From: Myxococcales bacterium
Lineage (GTDB): Bacteria > Myxococcota_A > UBA9042 > JABWCM01 > BTVJ01
Direction: 5' to 3'
Assembly: GCA_045863395.1 (NCBI GenBank)
Contig: BTVJ01000008.1
Location: 110,274 to 174,273 of the forward strand
Length of the DNA: 64,000 bases
Every line of letters begins with the position of its first letter. Position 1 is the stretch's first letter. A program made the position numbers and the translations under genes. Below are positions 18,303 through 28,900 of the stretch, in pieces. The notes beneath the pieces were generated by a model. It ran no database searches. It saw only the letters and a program-made list of their open reading frames with translations, and was not told the DNA's origin.

Positions 18303-21300
18303 TCAGTCGGTGACCTCGATGAGCTGGGACTCGGCCACGGACTTCTCATCGGGCTCGTAGTACGGGTAGGCCGCCGCGCCGCCGTCCGCCGCCTTGACCG
18401 GCATGGTCGCCAGCAGGCGGTAGGTGTAGGCCTGGTCGGCCATGGCGGGCAGCTCGAACATGTAGAGGGTGAGCTGCTTGCCCGTCTTCTCGAACTTGCT
18501 GAGCAGCCCGTCCGCCTTGTACGCCTCCAGGTCCTCGTCGACCACCTGGAAGCCGGGCGGCAGCCCCACGGTCACGAGCACCATGGACAGGGTCGCAGCG
18601 GTCAGGTTCTTGACCGTCACCGTGGCCTGCACCGTGTCGTTCACCTGGAGCGAGGTCTTGTCGTAGGCGACCGAGATGGCCAGCGGCCCCTCGGGGTCGC
18701 CGGACACGTCCGCCCACGGCAGGTGGTGGCTGCTCACGACGTTGTAGCTCACCTTGCCGGTGCCGGCGAAGGCGAGCGTCACCGTGTGGTCGCCGGTGGT
18801 GGCGTAGGCGGCAAGGTCCACGGTGCTCATCACGTCCCACTGGTCGGCGGTGAGCATCACGTCCTTCACCTTCTTGCCGTCCAGGCTGATGGTGACCGCG
18901 CCCACGGCGCCCTCGCTGCCGATCTTCGCCGCGGTCAGCAGCGTGCGCAGCGTCCAGACCGTCGCCGAGGTGGGCCCGAAGTTGCCCTGGGCGTCCTTCT
19001 TCGACAGCAGGTAGGTGATGGCGCCGTCGACGGTCGCCTTGTAGCCACCCGCCACGAGCATGGCGTGGGCGACGACCGCGGTGGTCTCCACCGCCGCCGA
19101 GTCCCCGTAGCCGTAGAAGACGGTCTGGGCGTCGCCGGTGTCCCAGTACACCTTGTCGCCGTCCACCTTCTTCATTGCGTCGAGCTTGGACAGCAGCTCG
19201 GAGAGCAGCGGGTCGCCCGGGGTCGACACGGCGAGCGCGTTGGCGACCGTCGCCAGCGTGTAGGCATCCTCGTCGCCCTTGAGGCCGGTCTTGAGGTAGC
19301 CGACGCCCTTCGCGAGCTCGGCCCCCGTGAAGCCCGACGTGCCGAGCGCCCACACCACGAACGCCGAGTTGCGGATCGTGCTCGACTGGAACGAGAAGAA
19401 CTCGCTGATGTCGCCGGGCCACGAGCCGTCGGGCTTCTGCTGCGCCGCGAGCCAGCTCTGGGTGCGCGCCAGCATGGCCTCGTCCACCGGGAACACGGCG
19501 CGCATGTCGGAGAACTCCATGACGCCCAGCGCCGTGACGGTCAGGAACGGGGCGGGATCCTGCGTCCCGAACCAGGAGAAGCCGCCTCCCGGGTGCTCAT
19601 AGGTCAAGAGCCGCTGGTAGCCCTGCGAGATGTAGGACTCCGCCTTGAGCTGGATCTCGGGCGTCACCTGGCCCGTCTCCTCCATGTAGGTGGTGACGAG
19701 CACGTTCGGCCACGTGGTGCTGGTGGTCTGCTCGAAGCAGCCGTAGGGCACCTGGAGCATGGAGTCGAGCCCCTCGACCACCTGGCTCAGGAAGGCCGGG
19801 TAGATGGTCACGTGCAGCGCCTCGCTGCCGGGCACGGCCCCCGCCGGGAAGCTCACCGTGTGGGTCACCTCGCCAGGCGGCAGCGCGCCGGACACCGACG
19901 CCGGGAACGCCTTGCCGTCGGGCACCACCCGGACCACGCGGGCCACGGCGTCCTGCTTCTTGGTGCCGATGCCCTTCACGGTCAGCTTGTGGACGCCGAC
20001 GGTCTCGACGCGCACCGGGAACTTGGCGACGGTCACCTGGCTCGGGGCCAGGTCGAGGGTCGCCGACGTGGCGCCCAGCGCCGTGAACCACGAGCCACCC
20101 TCAAGGGTGATGGTCACGGACTGGGGCTCCGCCAGGAAGTTGTAGACCGCGATGGGGAACGTCACCTCGTCGCCGCGGGTGAGCTGCGCCGGGAAGTTGA
20201 TGTCCACGAAGAAGTCCTGGAACACCGTCACCCCGAACACGCCCGCGCCGAGGCGCCCGTCCGCGGAGTGGGCCATGGTCGAGACGCGCCACTCGGTGAT
20301 GGAGTCGGCCATCTCGAGATCGACGGTGGCCGTGCCGTCGGGCCCGGTGATCAGCGCCGGGTTGACGTACAGGGTCTCCGGGAAGTCGTCGCGGACCTTC
20401 AGGGGCTCGTCGCCACCTTCGCTGGTGGTCGGCTCCTCGCCCGCCTCGGGGGGACCCCAGCCGCCGCCGCCGCCACCGGCGCCGCCGTCGGCGCCCGCGT
20501 TCCAGTCACCGTCGTCCATGCCGCCAGCCTGCGGGGTGTGCTTCTGGCGGATCTCGTCGGGGATGCCCAGGTCCTTGTACGTGAGCAGCGTGGACCAGTC
20601 GTCTGCCGTCCCCTTCACCTCGTCGGGGCCGAGCGTGATCAGGCGGAGCGGCGTCTCCCAGCCCCAGTCCCGCTCTGCCGCCCAGGCGTTGCCCCAGAAG
20701 TCGTATGCCGCGCCCAGTGTGATCGTCCGCTCGACGACGGCCTGCATGTAGTCCATGCCCAGGCCCTGGCAGTACCAGTCGTTGGAGGTGCACCCCTCGC
20801 TCTCGAGGTCGGCGATGGCCTTCTTCGCGGCCGCGGCGTAGATGGCCGACAGGGCGGTCTTCTCCTTGTCGAAGTACGGGATCAGCACGTCGCGGGCGTC
20901 GGTGACGATCTTCGCCCAGCTCGCCTTGCGGATGCCGCTCGTGCCGGGCACCGTCATGGCCGCGAACGCCGCGCCGGCCTGGGTCTGCGCGGCCTCCGCC
21001 TTGGCGTCGTCGTCGGAGCCCGCCCCGCCGAAGATCAGCTCCGGCACGTTCCAGCTCGCCCCGTGGATCTCGTACTGGGGCTTGCTGACCGCGTCCTCGA
21101 TCTCGAAGAAGGTCTGGAGCAGGCCCGGCTTGGCGTCGATGAGCGCGAACACCGCCTCGTCCACGATCTGGACGCCCAGGGCCGCCACCTTGGGCTTGCC
21201 GTCCTCGTCCTTGACCGTGAAGGTCAGCTTGGCGGGCTCCCCCGGCTCGTAGATGGGCTTGTCCGTGTCGAAGCTGACGGACAGGGCCGAGCTGGTCTTG

Positions 21301-23279
21301 ACGAACAGCGTCTTCGACGCGCGCACCACGTTGCCGTCCGTGTCCACCACGTAGGCCTCGATGCGGTTGTCGCCGAGCAGGCTGCCGTCCACGTCCATGG
21401 TGAAGGTGGCCTTGCCGCCGTCGATGTCCACGGTGCGCATGTCGATGACCTGGCCCTCGTTGAGCCAGTCGACGTAGGCGTGGCGCGACGCGCCGCTGAC
21501 GAACACGTCGACGCTCAGCGTCTCGCCCACCTCGTAGATCGCCTTGTCGGTGCGCACGAGGACGTGGTCCGACCCGATCTGCTGGTCGAACTGCACCGTG
21601 CGCGTCGCGGTGGTCGTCCCTGTCGTGATGGTGAGCTTCAGCGCGGAGGCGCCGCCGGTCGGCGTGGCGATGAGGCCCGCGTGGCCGAAGGCGTCCGTGG
21701 TCAGCGTCGAAGACGGCAGCCACGTGCCCTCGACCGCGATGGAGGCCCCAGCCAGCGGCGCGCCCAGCGGGTCCGTCACGAAGAGGTGGACCAGGTTCTC
21801 GGTGCCGGGCACCAGCACGCCGGCCTCGGGCACGGCCACCACCTTGAGGGCGCTGGCGCTGACCACGACCGGCACGTACTTCTCGACGACCTGCTCCGCC
21901 TTGTCCGTCACCGTCACGATGAGCTGAACGAGCGCGTCGCCGCCCTCCAGGGGCAGGCCCACGAGGCTCGGCGGCAGGGTGAGGGTGAAGCCGTAGTGGC
22001 CGTCGGCGTTGGTCGTCCCGCTCACCTCCTGGAAGGTGGACCACGACACGTCGTAGCTCTGGGCCACGATCTTCACGTCGGCGCCGGCCACCACCTTGCC
22101 GAAGAAGTAGTCGGCGTCCACGAGGCCGGTCACCGTCGCGGCCGGCATGTACCAGGACTGGTCGAGGCCCACGCCCAGCTTGAACTTCGGCAGCACGTAG
22201 TGGCTGACGGTCACGGCCTTCTCGGTGACCACGTCGTCGAGGATCGCGCGGACCTTGAAGGTGCCCATGTTGACCAGGGTCGCCAGCTTGAGCTCCGTCG
22301 CGGCGATGCCGTACTGGTCGCTGTCGATGCTCACCTTGTGGATCTTGTTGCCCTTTCCGTCCTCCACCTCGAAGGTCACGGGCTTGTCCGCCACGGGGGC
22401 GAGGCCCGGCTTCTCCAGGGCAAGCGCCCGCATGTGGATGGTCTGGCCGGGCTGGTAGAGGGGCTTGTCGGTGGTGAGGAGCACCTTGCGGCCCTTCTCC
22501 GAGACCGTGATCGTGTCGGCGACGACCGCCATGGTGCCCTGCGCCTTGCCCTCCGCGACGACCTCCATCTCCCCAGGCGTGGGGAGGGTCACGTCGAAGA
22601 TCGCGTCGCCGGTCATGCCGGTGATGCCTTCCAGCACCGTCGCCTTGCCGGCCTCGTCGGTCAGGGTGAGCTTGACGGGCACGCCCTCGAGCGGGCCGTG
22701 GCCGATGGGGTCGTTGGCCAGGACGCGGTAGGCCGCTCCCTTGCCTGCGAGCAGCGTCTTCGGCCCCTCGAGCACCACCTCATACGGGGGCACGAGGTGC
22801 AGCAGGCTGCGGGTCACCTTCAGGGGCTTGTCGCCCTTCTGCTCGACGCGCAGCACCCAGGCCGCCAGGGCCGGCTGTGACGTGGCGCTCTCGGGCAGGG
22901 CCAGGGTCGCCTCCAGGGCCTTGGTCTGCCCCTCGGCGATGTCGTAGTGCACCGTGATGGACGACGCGACCTTGGCGCCGTCCACCTCGACGATGCTCGC
23001 CGTCAGCGTCCCCTTGGCCGAGGCCACCATGGCCAGGGCGGGGATGGAGACGACGAGGTTCTTGCCGTCCACCGTGGCGGTGATCTTTGCCTCGTCGATG
23101 GTCAGCAAGCCGTTGGATGGTGTGTCTGGTGTCTTGATGTGGTCGCCGGGCTCGGTGGTGCCGCCGGGCCCCTTGTCTACGCCGGTGTGGTCGCCGTCGC
23201 TCTCACCGCACGCGGCCAGCCCCAGCGCGAGCGGGAGCACCAGCACCCGCGCGAGCCCTCTCAGTCCGTGGATCCTCAT
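18303..23279 (-). CDS. Alpha-2-macroglobulin family lipoprotein
   Basis: Lipobox LAAC; MG2 'TDKPLYQPGQTI'; 'VRDDFPETLY'; 'ADSITEWR'; thioester 'PYGCFEQ'; 'GGFSWFG'. Confidence 0.95.
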   Translation of the reverse strand: MRIHGLRGLARVLVLPLALGLAACGESDGDHTGVDKGPGGTTEPGDHIKTPDTPSNGLLTIDEAKITATVDGKNLVVSIPALAMVASAKGTLTASIVEVDGAKVASSITVHYDIAEGQTKALEATLALPESATSQPALAAWVLRVEQKGDKPLKVTRSLLHLVPPYEVVLEGPKTLLAGKGAAYRVLANDPIGHGPLEGVPVKLTLTDEAGKATVLEGITGMTGDAIFDVTLPTPGEMEVVAEGKAQGTMAVVADTITVSEKGRKVLLTTDKPLYQPGQTIHMRALALEKPGLAPVADKPVTFEVEDGKGNKIHKVSIDSDQYGIAATELKLATLVNMGTFKVRAILDDVVTEKAVTVSHYVLPKFKLGVGLDQSWYMPAATVTGLVDADYFFGKVVAGADVKIVAQSYDVSWSTFQEVSGTTNADGHYGFTLTLPPSLVGLPLEGGDALVQLIVTVTDKAEQVVEKYVPVVVSASALKVVAVPEAGVLVPGTENLVHLFVTDPLGAPLAGASIAVEGTWLPSSTLTTDAFGHAGLIATPTGGASALKLTITTGTTTATRTVQFDQQIGSDHVLVRTDKAIYEVGETLSVDVFVSGASRHAYVDWLNEGQVIDMRTVDIDGGKATFTMDVDGSLLGDNRIEAYVVDTDGNVVRASKTLFVKTSSALSVSFDTDKPIYEPGEPAKLTFTVKDEDGKPKVAALGVQIVDEAVFALIDAKPGLLQTFFEIEDAVSKPQYEIHGASWNVPELIFGGAGSDDDAKAEAAQTQAGAAFAAMTVPGTSGIRKASWAKIVTDARDVLIPYFDKEKTALSAIYAAAAKKAIADLESEGCTSNDWYCQGLGMDYMQAVVERTITLGAAYDFWGNAWAAERDWGWETPLRLITLGPDEVKGTADDWSTLLTYKDLGIPDEIRQKHTPQAGGMDDGDWNAGADGGAGGGGGGWGPPEAGEEPTTSEGGDEPLKVRDDFPETLYVNPALITGPDGTATVDLEMADSITEWRVSTMAHSADGRLGAGVFGVTVFQDFFVDINFPAQLTRGDEVTFPIAVYNFLAEPQSVTITLEGGSWFTALGATSATLDLAPSQVTVAKFPVRVETVGVHKLTVKGIGTKKQDAVARVVRVVPDGKAFPASVSGALPPGEVTHTVSFPAGAVPGSEALHVTIYPAFLSQVVEGLDSMLQVPYGCFEQTTSTTWPNVLVTTYMEETGQVTPEIQLKAESYISQGYQRLLTYEHPGGGFSWFGTQDPAPFLTVTALGVMEFSDMRAVFPVDEAMLARTQSWLAAQQKPDGSWPGDISEFFSFQSSTIRNSAFVVWALGTSGFTGAELAKGVGYLKTGLKGDEDAYTLATVANALAVSTPGDPLLSELLSKLDAMKKVDGDKVYWDTGDAQTVFYGYGDSAAVETTAVVAHAMLVAGGYKATVDGAITYLLSKKDAQGNFGPTSATVWTLRTLLTAAKIGSEGAVGAVTISLDGKKVKDVMLTADQWDVMSTVDLAAYATTGDHTVTLAFAGTGKVSYNVVSSHHLPWADVSGDPEGPLAISVAYDKTSLQVNDTVQATVTVKNLTAATLSMVLVTVGLPPGFQVVDEDLEAYKADGLLSKFEKTGKQLTLYMFELPAMADQAYTYRLLATMPVKAADGGAAAYPYYEPDEKSVAESQLIEVTD

Positions 23280-23329
23280 GTTCTCCTCCGTGCCGCGGTG
23301 CGGCGATGGAATGATCCAGAAGCCAGGGC

Positions 23330-23345
23330 TGCAATTCGCAGGCCA
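23330..23345 (-). promoter_or_regulatory. Putative sigma54 -24/-12 promoter for the alpha-2-macroglobulin gene
   Basis: Minus strand TGGCCTGCGAATTGCA = GG-N10-GC with TTGCA, about 50 nt upstream of the ATG. Confidence 0.6.
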
Positions 23346-23482
23346 GTCGTGCAACCGCTCGATTGTATGGGAATGGTGGCGCCGAAGCGGGGGGCGGGTG
23401 TAGCAGAATTTCCCACTGTGTTGACGGAGCGCGGCGGTCCAGAGGGTCTCGTGGGACCGTCCCACCGGGCCGTCGTTGGACC

Positions 23483-24178
23483 CTAGCGCGAGCGGCTCAG
23501 CGCGCGCTTCTCGGCCTCCTGGATGAGCTTGACGTTCTTCTGGTCGACCGGGGTGAGCTTCACGTCCTTGGACTCTCCGCGGGGCAGCGGGAGCAGGTTG
23601 GACGGGACCTCCGTCGAGGTCTGCCCGATGCCGTCCGGGCGTGGGTCGTAGAAGAAGCGGTTGAGGTCCTCCTTCTCGAACTTGTAGCCGTGGCGGGCGT
23701 AGGACGCGTTGCGGAGCTTCCAGAGGGTCAGAGGGGTGTAGCAGGCCGGCTCGCTCGGGCACAGGTCGCCCTTGCCCAGCGCCTCGCCGCGCAGCACGGT
23801 CTGGAGCGCCCCCGCGAAGTCGTCCATGACCGCGCTCTCGAAGAGGCTCATCTTGCGGCCGGCCATGCCCTCGACGTACTCGCTGGCGCGGGTGCAACGC
23901 CAGTCATCTCCCTCGCCCGGGCAGACGGCCGAGACGTGGCGCGCGATGGCCTTGAGCTCCTCACCGGTCAGCTCCAGCTCGATGGGGTGGCCGTAGCCGG
24001 GGTCCAGCGAGAGCGCCTCGGCGTCTACCTTGGGGCCGTAGGCGGTCTTGAGGAGCAGGTCGATGCAGCCCTGGGTCACCTCCTTCGCGGGGCTGGTGGC
24101 CTTGGGCCACGCATCGACGCAGTGGGCCTGGGTCGGGGGCGCGGACAGCATGACGACGACGGACAGCGCAAGCAGCAT
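23483..24178 (-). CDS. Secreted YARHG domain protein
   Basis: Signal peptide; 'LWKLRNASYARHGYKFEKEDLNRFF...LTPVDQKNVKLIQEAE'. Confidence 0.9.
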   Translation of the reverse strand: MLLALSVVVMLSAPPTQAHCVDAWPKATSPAKEVTQGCIDLLLKTAYGPKVDAEALSLDPGYGHPIELELTGEELKAIARHVSAVCPGEGDDWRCTRASEYVEGMAGRKMSLFESAVMDDFAGALQTVLRGEALGKGDLCPSEPACYTPLTLWKLRNASYARHGYKFEKEDLNRFFYDPRPDGIGQTSTEVPSNLLPLPRGESKDVKLTPVDQKNVKLIQEAEKRALSRSR

Positions 24179-24268
24179 GGGCTCACTCCTCGGGGTTTGA
24201 GATGTTGCGGGAGGGTACCGCGGCGACGAGCCTCCGTCGAGGCGCGAAGGATCGGCGCAAGGTGGCCG

Positions 24269-24760
24269 TCAGGCAGCGGGCTTGCGGCCGCGGCGCTCGG
24301 CGCGGAGCCGGCGCCTCTCCTGGGCCTCGGAGTAGCGGCGCCGGTCCTCGTCCGTCTCCGGGAGCACCGGAGGGATCGGCGTGGGCTGTCCGTGCTCGTC
24401 GAGCGCCACGAAGGTCAGCCAGGCGCTGGCCGTGTGGGCGCGCTCGCCGGTCAGCGGGTCCTCGGAGTCCACGCGGACGCCGACCTCCATGGAGGTCCGG
24501 CCCGCGTAGTTGACCGCCGCGCGCAGCTCCACGATGTGGCCCTGCCGCACCGGAGCGACGAAGTCGAGGGCGTCGATGCTCGCCGTCACCACGACGCGGC
24601 GCGCGTGGCGCTGGGCCGCGATGGCCGCCGCGATGTCGATCCACGAGAACACGGTGCCGCCGAACACGGTGCCGAGGGCGTTGGTGTCCGACGGGAGGAC
24701 GTGCTCCGTCTTGTGGACCCGGGACGCCGAGACGGGCTTCGGCGCGAGCGGCTCGCTCAC
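24269..24760 (-). CDS. Acyl-CoA thioesterase (hotdog fold, YciA-like)
   Basis: 'VLPSDTNALGTVFGG...WIDIAA...VVTASID...GRTSMEVGV...TFVALD'; GTG start overlaps the upstream stop. Confidence 0.92.
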   Translation of the reverse strand: MSEPLAPKPVSASRVHKTEHVLPSDTNALGTVFGGTVFSWIDIAAAIAAQRHARRVVVTASIDALDFVAPVRQGHIVELRAAVNYAGRTSMEVGVRVDSEDPLTGERAHTASAWLTFVALDEHGQPTPIPPVLPETDEDRRRYSEAQERRRLRAERRGRKPAA

Positions 24761-25146
24761 GCCTCCTCCCGGCGCTGGGGGCGGCGGCGCGTCGGGCGCT
24801 CCTCGGCCCCCTCGGGCGCCGCCTCGGGCGCAGCGGCCCCACTGGCGACGGTCGCAGCAGTCGCCGACGCCTGCTTGTCGAGCTGCTTCTTGAGGTTGGC
24901 GACCGTGGTCTCCAGCTCGCGGATCGTGCGGCGCAGCTTCGCCACGTCCGAGCGGGTGACCAGGTTGTAGCTGGTCGCGAAGCCCTGCACGCGCCCCTCG
25001 ATGGTCTTGTGGACGTCGGCGCGCACGTTGATCGCCTTCAAGACCGCGCGCTGGAAGCGCGGGTCGTTCAGGACCTTGCGCGCCGCCGGGGAGGACATGG
25101 CCTTGGTGGCCTGCTTCTTGATGTTGCTCACGAGCGAGTCGAGCAT
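24757..25146 (-). CDS. Hypothetical coiled-coil protein, phasin/PHA-granule-like
   Basis: 'NLVTRSDVAKLRRTIRELE' resembles phasin-family C-termini; RBS GGAG. Confidence 0.6.
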   Translation of the reverse strand: MLDSLVSNIKKQATKAMSSPAARKVLNDPRFQRAVLKAINVRADVHKTIEGRVQGFATSYNLVTRSDVAKLRRTIRELETTVANLKKQLDKQASATAATVASGAAAPEAAPEGAEERPTRRRPQRREEA

Positions 25147-25193
25147 GGTGGAGCTCCTTTGAGGGTCGGGTCGCGTCCTGCGACGTGGCGGGC

Positions 25194-25222
25194 CATGTAC
25201 CGCGACCGGACGCCCGTGTCAA
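25194..25222 (-). promoter_or_regulatory. Putative sigma70 promoter (leftward)
   Basis: Minus strand TTGACA-17 nt-TACATG. Confidence 0.55.
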
Positions 25223-25330
25223 CGCGCTCCGGGCTGCGAGGGAGCACCGGCCGCCGCCGCCCGGGAAGCTCCCTGCGCCGCCTGTTGTTCAACACGCGCG
25301 GCAGCTTGCAGGCGGGGGACGCTCGGCGGT

Positions 25331-25360
25331 TTGACACCGCTCCGGAATCTGGACTAGAAG
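25331..25360 (+). promoter_or_regulatory. Putative sigma70 promoter of the ccm operon
   Basis: TTGACA-18 nt-TAGAAG upstream of ccmE (RBS GGGAGG). Confidence 0.5.
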
Positions 25361-25405
25361 GGTGGTCATTGCGCGCGGCAGGCGCGCCACACCTGGGAGG
25401 CCGAC

Positions 25406-25897
25406 ATGGCACAGAGCGATCCGACGCCCCCCGTCAAGGCGAAGGGCAAGAGGTCTGCGTTCCCGCTGATCATCGGCGCCATCGTGCTGGGCGGCGCCGT
25501 CCTGATCATCGGCTCCAGTCAGGGGGCCTACGACCTGCAGATCGCCGAGGTGCTCGCCAACAAGCAGGACTACGTGCAGCGTGAGATCAAGGTCTCGGGC
25601 ATCATCGCTCCCGGGTCCCTCAAGGGCACGACCGAGGACGGGTCCTTCCACTTCGACATCCAGGACGAGAAGGGCAACAACCTGACCGTCCACTTCACCA
25701 AGCGCCTGCTCCCCGACCCCTTCGCCGAGGGGCGCGAGGTCATCGCGCTCGGCCGACTGCAAGAGAACGGCGTGCTCCAGAGCAGCAACATCACGGTGAA
25801 GTGCCCCTCCCGATACCAGGAAGAGGGCATGACCGAGGAGCAGGCCGGCAAGTACTACGAGCAGAAGTACAACAACGGTCACAAGGCCCAGAACTGA
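25406..25897 (+). CDS. ccmE: Cytochrome c maturation heme chaperone CcmE, CxxxY type
   Basis: N-terminal TM anchor, OB-fold 'LPDPFAEGREVIALG', motif KCPSRY. Confidence 0.92.
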   Translation: MAQSDPTPPVKAKGKRSAFPLIIGAIVLGGAVLIIGSSQGAYDLQIAEVLANKQDYVQREIKVSGIIAPGSLKGTTEDGSFHFDIQDEKGNNLTVHFTKRLLPDPFAEGREVIALGRLQENGVLQSSNITVKCPSRYQEEGMTEEQAGKYYEQKYNNGHKAQN

Positions 25898-25912
25898 CCC
25901 TCCCGGGGCCTC

Positions 25913-28900
25913 ATGCAGCAGACCGGTCAGTTCATCCTCCACATCACGTTCCTGACGACGCTGGCCACCGTGGTGGTCGCGTTCATCGGGGCTCGGGTGA
26001 AGAGCCTCGACCTCATGCGGGCGGCTCGCTACGGGGTCTACGCCGTCTGTCTGCTCAACGCGGGCATGGCGGCGGTGATGATCCAGTCGCTGCTGAGCCA
26101 CGACTTCAAGAACATGTACATCGCGACGTATACGGACGTGGACATGCCCACGGCCTACGTGCTCGCGGCGTTCTGGGGGGGCGAGAAGGGCGCGCTGCTC
26201 CTGTGGGTCACCGTGCTCGGGGCCTTCAGCGCCATCGCCGTCACGCAGAACCGGCACAAGGAGCCGGTCTACATGGCGTGGACGACGGGCATCCTGATGA
26301 GCGCCTTGCTCTTCTTCTATATTCTCATGGTCTTCGAGGCGAGCCCCTTCGAGCAGTTCTTGACCTTCGCGGGGCCGGAGGACGGGCAGGGCATGAACCC
26401 CCTGCTCCAGAACCCGACCATGACCATCCACCCGCCGAGCCTGCTCACGGGCTTCATCGCGTTCACGTTGCCCTTCGCCTTCGGGCTCGCGGCCCTGATC
26501 ACCGGGCGCCTCGACGACGAGTGGACCCAGGACACTCGCACCTGGACCATCGTCTGCTGGGTGTTCCTGACGACGGGGCTGATCCTCGGGGGGGCATGGG
26601 CCTACGAGGAGCTCGGCTGGGGCGGCTACTGGATGTGGGACCCGGTCGAGAACGCGGGGCTCATTCCCTGGTTCACGGCGACGGCCTTCCTCCACTCCGT
26701 GATGATCCAGGAGCGGCGGCGCATGCTGCGGCGCTGGAACTTCTTCCTGGTGCTGCTCACGTTCCTGCTGACCATCTTCGGCACCTTCCTGACGCGCAGC
26801 CAGCTCATCGACTCGATCCACGCCTTCGCGGACTCCAAGCTGTCGATGTACTTCCTTTGGTACATGGTGGTCATCGGCACGGTGTCCACCGTCGCGCTGG
26901 CGTACCGCTGGCGGGAGATGGCGCCCGACGCCCGCATCGACCACTTCCTGTCCCGGGAGAGCTTCTTCGTCCTCAACAACATCCTGCTCCTCGGGAGCGC
27001 CTTCGTGGTCTTGTGGGGGACGCTGTTCAGCAAGGTCAGCGAAGCGGAGACGTTCCAGAGCGGGTACAACAAGGTGGTGGGGCTCTACAACGCGACCCTC
27101 GGCGGGCTGCTCGGCCCCATGGAGCAGCTCACCCAGGCCGTGATCCTCAACGAACCCTGGTTCAACCGTGTGATGGTCCCCATCGGGCTGCTCCTGCTCC
27201 TGCTCACGGGCATCGGGCCGGTGATCTCCTGGCGCAAGGCGACCCGCAAGAACTTCCGCACCAACCTGCAGAAGCCGCTGCTCTGGTCTTCGGTGGTGTC
27301 TGTCCTGGGCGCCATCGCCTGGGGGGTCCTCCGCGTGACCGAGCTTCGGTCCTCCATGGTGGCCGATGCCTTCGCGCGCTGGTTCGACGACGCCAACGCC
27401 TTCGTGGGAAAGCTCCTGGTCATGAAGGGCGACGCGGGGGATGCGCCCGCGATGCCGGTCGTGACCCTCGGGGACGCCTACGGGCGCTGGGCCGACTCCC
27501 TCGGGCGTGCAGACGTCTATGCATTCCTCGCCTTCTTCTTCTCGGCCCTGGTGGTGGCGACCGTGGGCACCGAGTTCTGGCGGGGGACGCGGCTCCGGCA
27601 GTCGAAGGCGGGTGGCGCCTTCGTGTTCAACCTGATGCTCCTCACCATCCGCACGCCGCGCCGCTATGGGGGCTACATCATCCACCTGGGCGTCGTGATG
27701 TGCTTCATCGCCTTCGCGGGCGCCGTCTTCAAGGACGAGCTCCCCGAGCAGCCCCTCTACCCGGGGGACCGCATCGCCGTCGGCGGCTACCATGTGACCT
27801 TCGCCCGCTCCGACGACATCTGGCACGCCGACGGGGCCTACGTGTCGTCCAAGGCGACCATGGTGGCGCTGGAGGGGGAGAAGACGGTCCCCCAGGCCGC
27901 GGTGGACGCCCTGGCGGGCCGCCTGGAGTCCGCTGGGCTCGTGCCCTTCCACGTGGAGACCTTCCGCGGCAACCCGGCGGTGCGGCTGCGCTTCGGCAAC
28001 GAGGAGCACCGCCGCCGCGTGCAGGAGGATCTGTACGTCCGGAGCTACCTGCTCACGGCCTTCGAGGTGCTCGACGCGCCGAAGGACAAGGCGGAGCTCC
28101 AGCTCCAGCTCCGGGACATGGACGCGGTGGCGGTCGTGCCCCAGCTCATGATGAAGACGGCGCGCAACGTCCGGGAGTTCTTCGAGGATCAGGGCGGGAC
28201 GGTCAAGGCGTCCTTCGTGCCCGGCTCGCCCCTGCTGGCGCTGCGTTTCCCGACCGTGGACGCGCGGGACGCCTGGCTCGCTCGCGCCGAGGGGGAGCCC
28301 TTGCTTCGTGACGTGGTCGGGGGCTGGATGGACCCGGACACCGGCGCCGTCGAGATCGTGCCCGCCGGGGTGGGGTCCTTGCTGTACCCCGAGGTGCGCT
28401 TCTACAAGAAGCACGGCACGCCGACCACGGAGATCGCCATCCAGTCCAAGGTCCTGGAGGACCTCTACCTGGCCATGCGCCCTGCCGCGGGTCAACCGTT
28501 CATCAACCTGCTGGCCGTGGTGTTTCCGTTGGTCTCATTTCTCTGGGCCGGCACGCTGATCATGATCATCGGCGCGCTGATCTGCCTGCTCCCGCGCAGC
28601 ATCACGGGCCTGGCGCGGGGCGCCGGGGCCGCGCTGATCGCCGGTGTCCTCCTCGTGCCCCACCCGGCGGCAGCGCAGGACGAGGCCTTCGAGGAGGGCC
28701 ACGGCGACGAGATCCCGCTGGTCGCGCTGCCCGACGACGGCATCACCACCGTCGAGGACGCCCGGACGCGACTGCTCGAGGCGCTGCGCTGCCCCGACCG
28801 GAAGCCCGGCGGCTACACGATCCGCGACGAGCCTCTGCTGGAGTGCGCGACCGCGTCGGGCGAGGAGCTGCGGGCCCGCCTGGATGATGACCTCGCCCGC

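Noticed and set aside
18723..22880. 1385-aa plus-strand ORF
   Set aside because: Antisense shadow of the alpha-2-macroglobulin gene; typical of high-GC3 DNA and has no motifs.
25289..28495. 1068-aa minus-strand ORF
   Set aside because: Antisense shadow of ccmE/ccmF.
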